IMG/VR virus record: IMGVR_UViG_3300047560_001018 | Coordinates: 1-50,914 of that record | Length of the DNA stretch: 50,914 nt | Strand: one strand, 5' to 3' | From: a virus | Taxonomy: Duplodnaviria > Caudoviricetes | Part shown: one piece after another, positions 47,117-50,914 of the stretch | Numbering within the stretch: the stretch's first letter is position 1 | Layout of the letters: every line of letters starts with the position of its first letter | The notes under the pieces: model-generated | What the model saw: the letters and a program-made list of their open reading frames with translations, nothing else | The model's database searches: none | Told to the model about the DNA's origin: nothing | Translations under genes and position numbers: made by a program

Positions 47117-47422
47117 ATGCACCCCGCAATCATCCACGCAATCAAGCGCCGCCAGGATTTTTCACTTGATCTATCGGCCGCCCGTATCGAAGGCCGAAGC
47201 CGTGACCTAATCACGCAAGACGGCCACGCCTACACGACCTACACCGTGTTTTATGACGGCGAAAAGGTTCTCTACTCGGCCGGCTACAGCACCCGCTTTA
47301 ACGATTTCGTGGCTATGCACTACACCGTTACCGACGAAGTGTTCGCCAGCGACTTCATGCTGAACCGATACCAGCGCGTTAACGCCGTGTCGGACGCGCT
47401 GGCCGAAGCTCTCGGCCTGTAG
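47117..47422 (+). CDS. hypothetical protein
   Basis: AGAAAG RBS before ATG 47117. Confidence 0.7.
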   Translation: MHPAIIHAIKRRQDFSLDLSAARIEGRSRDLITQDGHAYTTYTVFYDGEKVLYSAGYSTRFNDFVAMHYTVTDEVFASDFMLNRYQRVNAVSDALAEALGL

Positions 47423-47721
47423 CAAGTCGTGTAGGTTCAACTCTGGTTTTTTGCTAGAGTTGTTCCTAGGCAACTTGCCTAACCCAACTAGAGAAAGAAA
47501 GAAACATGGCAACCTTCACCGTAGTCGAGACCTACGTTTACAAGATTGAAGCCGAGTCGGCCAGCCAGGCCGAGGAATTGTTCGCGACCTACATGGCTGA
47601 GGATGACGACCGCCTACAGCTGATTGACAACCAGCTAGAAGTCGAGACCAACTAGCTCGAATCGTGTAGTTCAGCCCTAGACTTGTGCTAGGGTTGTTCT
47701 AGGCAATTCGCCTAACCCAAC
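47422..47721 (+). repeat. two copies (47422-47488, 47658-47721) of a long imperfect hairpin with covariation
   Basis: Shared CGTG/GGCA and TT/TT internal loops with compensatory stem changes, followed by GCCTAACCCAAC. Confidence 0.8.
47506..47655 (+). CDS. small acidic hypothetical protein (49 aa)
   Basis: Hand-translated MATFTVVETY...EVETN; GAGAAAGAAAG leader. Confidence 0.7.
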   Translation: MATFTVVETYVYKIEAESASQAEELFATYMAEDDDRLQLIDNQLEVETN

Positions 47722-47737
47722 AACAGAAAGAAAGAAT

Positions 47738-47962
47738 ATGAAGCACACACTTCGCCGCGCGATTGCTTCGGCTATCGCCATCCCATTCATCGCCGGGGCT
47801 AACGTCTTCGCCTACATGACGGCCGCGAGCCTGTTCCCTAGCGTGGACTCAATTGCCCGCCTAGTCGATTCCTACAACAGCGGCCTAGCGATTGCCGTTT
47901 CGGTCGCCGTCACCTTCACCTTCGGCCCGCAACTCAGCCGCGTCTTCGGATTCAACAAGTAG
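47738..47962 (+). CDS. two-TM membrane protein
   Basis: Two hydrophobic segments; AGAAAG leader. Confidence 0.7.
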   Translation: MKHTLRRAIASAIAIPFIAGANVFAYMTAASLFPSVDSIARLVDSYNSGLAIAVSVAVTFTFGPQLSRVFGFNK

Positions 47963-47974
47963 AGAGGATTCAAA

Positions 47975-48334
47975 GTGCCTGCACTAATTCAGATGGATGT
48001 AACAACCGAATACGCTTACAACAAGCGTCAAGCATGGGACAAAATCAAGCGCGAAAATCCTGAATGGTTCTCGCCTGAGAGTGTCGAGTTCTGGGGCACT
48101 CAGTGCCTATTTGACGCAATCCACCCAGTGGGTGCCGAGAATTACCTGTTCATTACCAGCGAGGATAACTTCGACCGCACGAAGAAGCTTTACTCGGTTC
48201 GCGAAGCATTCAATGGCGGCGGAATTCACACGCATGCATTTCAGGAATTCTCGGGCATCGAAACAGCATGGATCTATCTAGCGGCACTGGTTTACGAAGA
48301 ACAGACCGCTAGCGGAATCGAACAACGCTGGTAA
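47975..48334 (+). CDS. conserved phage hypothetical protein (WFS...FWG...FITSE...YSVR)
   Basis: GAGGA RBS, GTG start. Confidence 0.75.
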   Translation: MPALIQMDVTTEYAYNKRQAWDKIKRENPEWFSPESVEFWGTQCLFDAIHPVGAENYLFITSEDNFDRTKKLYSVREAFNGGGIHTHAFQEFSGIETAWIYLAALVYEEQTASGIEQRW

Positions 48335-48424
48335 ACGTGTCGTATAGTTGGGGCATAGCGTACGAAAGTGTGCTATGCTTCTTCTAGGCAACACGCCTAC
48401 ACAAAACACACAGAAGGAAAAAAC

Positions 48425-48622
48425 ATGGCATACACCGACATGAACACGGCATTCGTTAGCGCGGAGGGGGACTACTCGGCTTACCAGCGCGTGATTGTAT
48501 TCAACCCTCACGACCTATCAGACGACCAGTGGGAGACCCTCTCGGGCGTCTCAGACCGCGAGCGCATTCACTTCATCGAAGCTTGCCTGAACGGCCGCGA
48601 CACCAGCGAATGGGAGGGCTAG
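48425..48622 (+). CDS. hypothetical protein
   Basis: GAAGGA RBS; TGTGCTATGCT promoter upstream. Confidence 0.7.
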   Translation: MAYTDMNTAFVSAEGDYSAYQRVIVFNPHDLSDDQWETLSGVSDRERIHFIEACLNGRDTSEWEG

Positions 48623-48625
48623 AAC

Positions 48626-48727
48626 ATGGCCCGCCCAGACTCGAAGCGCACCATTCACGCGAAGGCTCGAGCAATCGACCTGCGCAAAGCCCGCACCCGC
48701 AAAGCTGTCTTCGGCACAAGCAAGTAG
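48626..48727 (+). CDS. small basic peptide (MARPDSKRTIHAKARAIDLRKARTRKAVFGTSK)
   Basis: Hand-translated, GGAGG RBS. Confidence 0.55.
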   Translation: MARPDSKRTIHAKARAIDLRKARTRKAVFGTSK

Positions 48728-49158
48728 GTGCAACCGGCCGACCCGTGGGAATCCGCCTTCGGGTTCGGCCAGGCCACCGATCTACGGCCGGCTAGCTTGA
48801 GATAACAATTCGATAACGGCACTTGACAAGCTGCACAAGCTCGGCTAAGCTAGAGCTACAAATAAAAAACGATCTATGGGTTTGGTCCGAAATGCCCGGT
48901 AATGCAACGGTTCAAAATCCACCCTACCCAAAATTGGAATATAACAATTTGGTAACATCGCTTGACACGGCGAGCGCTTTTCGCTAGGCTAGTTTTGATA
49001 CCCGTTTTGGAATATAACAATCCGGTAACAAAGCTTGACAACCGGCCGAGCTTATGCTATGCATCCGGCCGGCCAGGGCAATGTAACAATTTGGTAACGA
49101 AGCTTGACACAAAGCTAGATCCATGCTTAACTATTACTAACCAAACGAAAGGTATCTC

Positions 49159-49299
49159 ATGCACGTTTTCTATCGCGCTACTTTTAGCGATGGCGTTACT
49201 CGCAAAATCGAGCTAAACCAATTCCACCGCGTTGTATTTGCCCTTGAAAAGCAAGGCATTACTTGCACCCATTCGTGGGTTGACATCGAGCTAAACTAG
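49159..49299 (+). CDS. hypothetical protein (46 aa, MHVFYRATFSDG...)
   Basis: Hand-translated, GAAAGGT RBS. Confidence 0.6.
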   Translation: MHVFYRATFSDGVTRKIELNQFHRVVFALEKQGITCTHSWVDIELN

Positions 49300-49314
49300 A
49301 GATAGGCTAGAGAC

Positions 49315-50049
49315 ATGACTACTACACAACTAACCCTTAAGCGTTCTAAGGATCGCAAAGTCGCTAACGCCATCACGCCTAATGGCAAAGCGCCAGCGAT
49401 CGCCAACACCTTTGGATTGCCTAGCGGCAAAGCTTTCTCATGCCCGGGCGCGACAACCGTTTGCGAGAAGATCTGCTACGCGGGCAACCTTGAGAGGATC
49501 TACAAAGGTGTGAAGGATGTACTTTTGCACAATTGGCAAGCTCTCGAGAATGCCACCGAATCAGAAGCCACCGAGCTACTAGCCGCGATGATCGATGAAT
49601 TCCGCAAGGATTGCGACAAGCGCAACGCCGAGAAGCTATTCCGAATCCATTGGGATGGCGACTTTTTTAATGAGACTTACACGATCGCGTGGCGTAATGT
49701 AATCGAAGCTAACGCCGATATCCAATTTTGGGCATACACCCGAAGCGACTTCGCCGTTCCGCTATTGATCAATATTGACAACTTGAGCTTGTATTTCTCG
49801 ACCGACATGGCTAACCGCGTGTTGGGTATCAAGCTAAAGAAGCAATACGGCGTGAAGCTAGCTTACCTAGCCAACACTTTCGCCGAAGGTAAGTCCGACT
49901 TTGAGACCATTCAGGATAAGTCGCCGATTCCATGCCCTGAAAACAACCGCAAGCTAGCTTTGATCACCGACAAGGGATCGGCTTGCGTCACTTGCTCGCA
50001 GTGCGTGTTCAACCGCAACGACATTCTGTTTAGCGCAACCAAGAAATAA
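49315..50049 (+). CDS. GP88-family protein (radical-SAM-like Cys cluster), leaderless
   Basis: FGLP.G..SCPGAT..C...CYA, FRIHWDGDF, FWAYTR, CP...C..C..C; TTGACA-17-TAGGCT-6-ATG. Confidence 0.8.
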   Translation: MTTTQLTLKRSKDRKVANAITPNGKAPAIANTFGLPSGKAFSCPGATTVCEKICYAGNLERIYKGVKDVLLHNWQALENATESEATELLAAMIDEFRKDCDKRNAEKLFRIHWDGDFFNETYTIAWRNVIEANADIQFWAYTRSDFAVPLLINIDNLSLYFSTDMANRVLGIKLKKQYGVKLAYLANTFAEGKSDFETIQDKSPIPCPENNRKLALITDKGSACVTCSQCVFNRNDILFSATKK

Positions 50050-50587
50050 CAAGTTGATAACGGGGGTTGACAAGCTGGTTGATCCCCGTTAAACTTGTTT
50101 CATAATTTAAAAAGCGATAACAAAGTTTGGCCCGATAAGCTTAGTAAACACACGGGAGATAACCGGCCCTACCCTGTGCAACAACATAACGATTCGATAA
50201 CAACACTTGACAACCGACAACCTATCCACTAAGCTAGATCTGATACCCAATTCCAACATAACGAAACGATAACGGGCATTCTACAGGCTCGCATCCACTT
50301 TGTCAAGCCCGAAACGATAACAATCAGATCACAATCAACGAAGCCACCAGCGGCCGCTAGCGGGCTTTTCAGCTATTGGTTGGTATGATTCCCCATTCTA
50401 ATGGCTTCGTGGCTTCTACGGGCGTTTTACGGCGTTTTTGGATCTTTTGCCCTAGCTCTATAGATCATGGCACAGGCTTGCCGTTATCAATCCGTTATAA
50501 AAAAGTTTGGAAAAACACTTGACAAGCGTTTCGGCTGTGCTAGATTAGAGATATCAGGAAGCAAACAACACGAAAGGAATTCCCGAT

Positions 50588-50848
50588 ATGTATACGATCA
50601 ACGATCAAGCAACCGCCGAAAAGCTAGCCGCGTCTCAAGGTATCTGGAGCGTCTACTACTTGCTCGACAGCTACCGCGACCAGAGCGCACCGCTTGTTCT
50701 CATGAACGCTATGGGTCGTTGCTACCCACTGGGCGCAGATCTGGGCAACATGGACTTGAAGACGATTCAGATTCTGGGTCTCGCGCTTCAGACCTACGCG
50801 CTCTCACCCGATGAAGTCCACGACTTCGTGGATCGGTTTGTTGAGTAG
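50588..50848 (+). CDS. hypothetical protein
   Basis: GAAAGGA RBS, own promoter. Confidence 0.75.
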   Translation: MYTINDQATAEKLAASQGIWSVYYLLDSYRDQSAPLVLMNAMGRCYPLGADLGNMDLKTIQILGLALQTYALSPDEVHDFVDRFVE

Positions 50849-50859
50849 CCCCTACTCTC

Positions 50860-50914
50860 TTCTAATTACTATATTATATTATAATAATATATATATTAAT
50901 ATATAAGATAATAA
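50860..50914. other. extremely AT-rich low-complexity tract, continuing at positions 1-70 if the genome is circular
   Basis: Almost only A/T in a genome of roughly balanced GC. Confidence 0.6.

Larger units (their letters stand above)
48802..50546 (+). promoter_or_regulatory. array of TTGACA promoters, most preceded by an RTAAC-N6-RTAAC direct repeat
   Basis: TTGACA at 48823, 48962, 49035, 49104, 49280, 50067, 50207 and 50519; most have a 17-nt spacer and TANNNT (49035 and 49104 degenerate, 50519 16-nt spacer). Confidence 0.85.

Noticed and set aside
48802-50340. TAAC repeats as a CRISPR array
   Set aside because: Spacing is irregular, the repeats are degenerate, and most are tied to -35/-10 elements.
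50338-50410. 9-bp inverted repeat ACGAAGCCA/TGGCTTCGT as an ncRNA
   Set aside because: Single copy, with no clear promoter-terminator pair or internal structure I could support.

Overview
This window looks like a near-complete, probably circularly permuted genome of a lytic, long-tailed actinobacteriophage. WhiB, class Ib NrdH/NrdE/NrdF, ThyX, a GP88-like gene, AGAAAG(GAG)-type ribosome binding sites and frequent CTA codons suggest a Microbacteriaceae-like host; that host call is inference. There are two transcriptional arms. The + arm runs from about 46.1 kb across the window end to 16.26 kb. It holds small early genes, a promoter array, an Ocr-like protein, SNF2 helicase, methyltransferase, WhiB, Cas4-like nuclease, AAA recombinase, SSB, an RNA cluster, primase, RuvC, exonuclease, dUTPase and ThyX. 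The - arm runs from 45.9 kb to 16.3 kb and holds terminase, portal, protease/scaffold, capsid, RNR, collagen and fibre genes, neck, tail, tape measure and lysis genes. I recognised no integrase, repressor or DNA polymerase. The top candidate for an undescribed system is a pair of non-coding RNAs that display anti-Shine-Dalgarno sequence. One is a tRNA-shaped RNA (9710-9793) whose anticodon arm is replaced by a polypyrimidine tract complementary to the phage's own early RBSs and to host-type RBSs. The other is a promoter-and-terminator-delimited sRNA (about 35579-35660, - strand) whose loop copies the 16S rRNA 3' tail. A second candidate is a fibre-tip protein with a symmetric 20-cysteine ladder and a four-gene accessory cassette (29891-32303). 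All family assignments are by-eye motif recognition; no searches were run.
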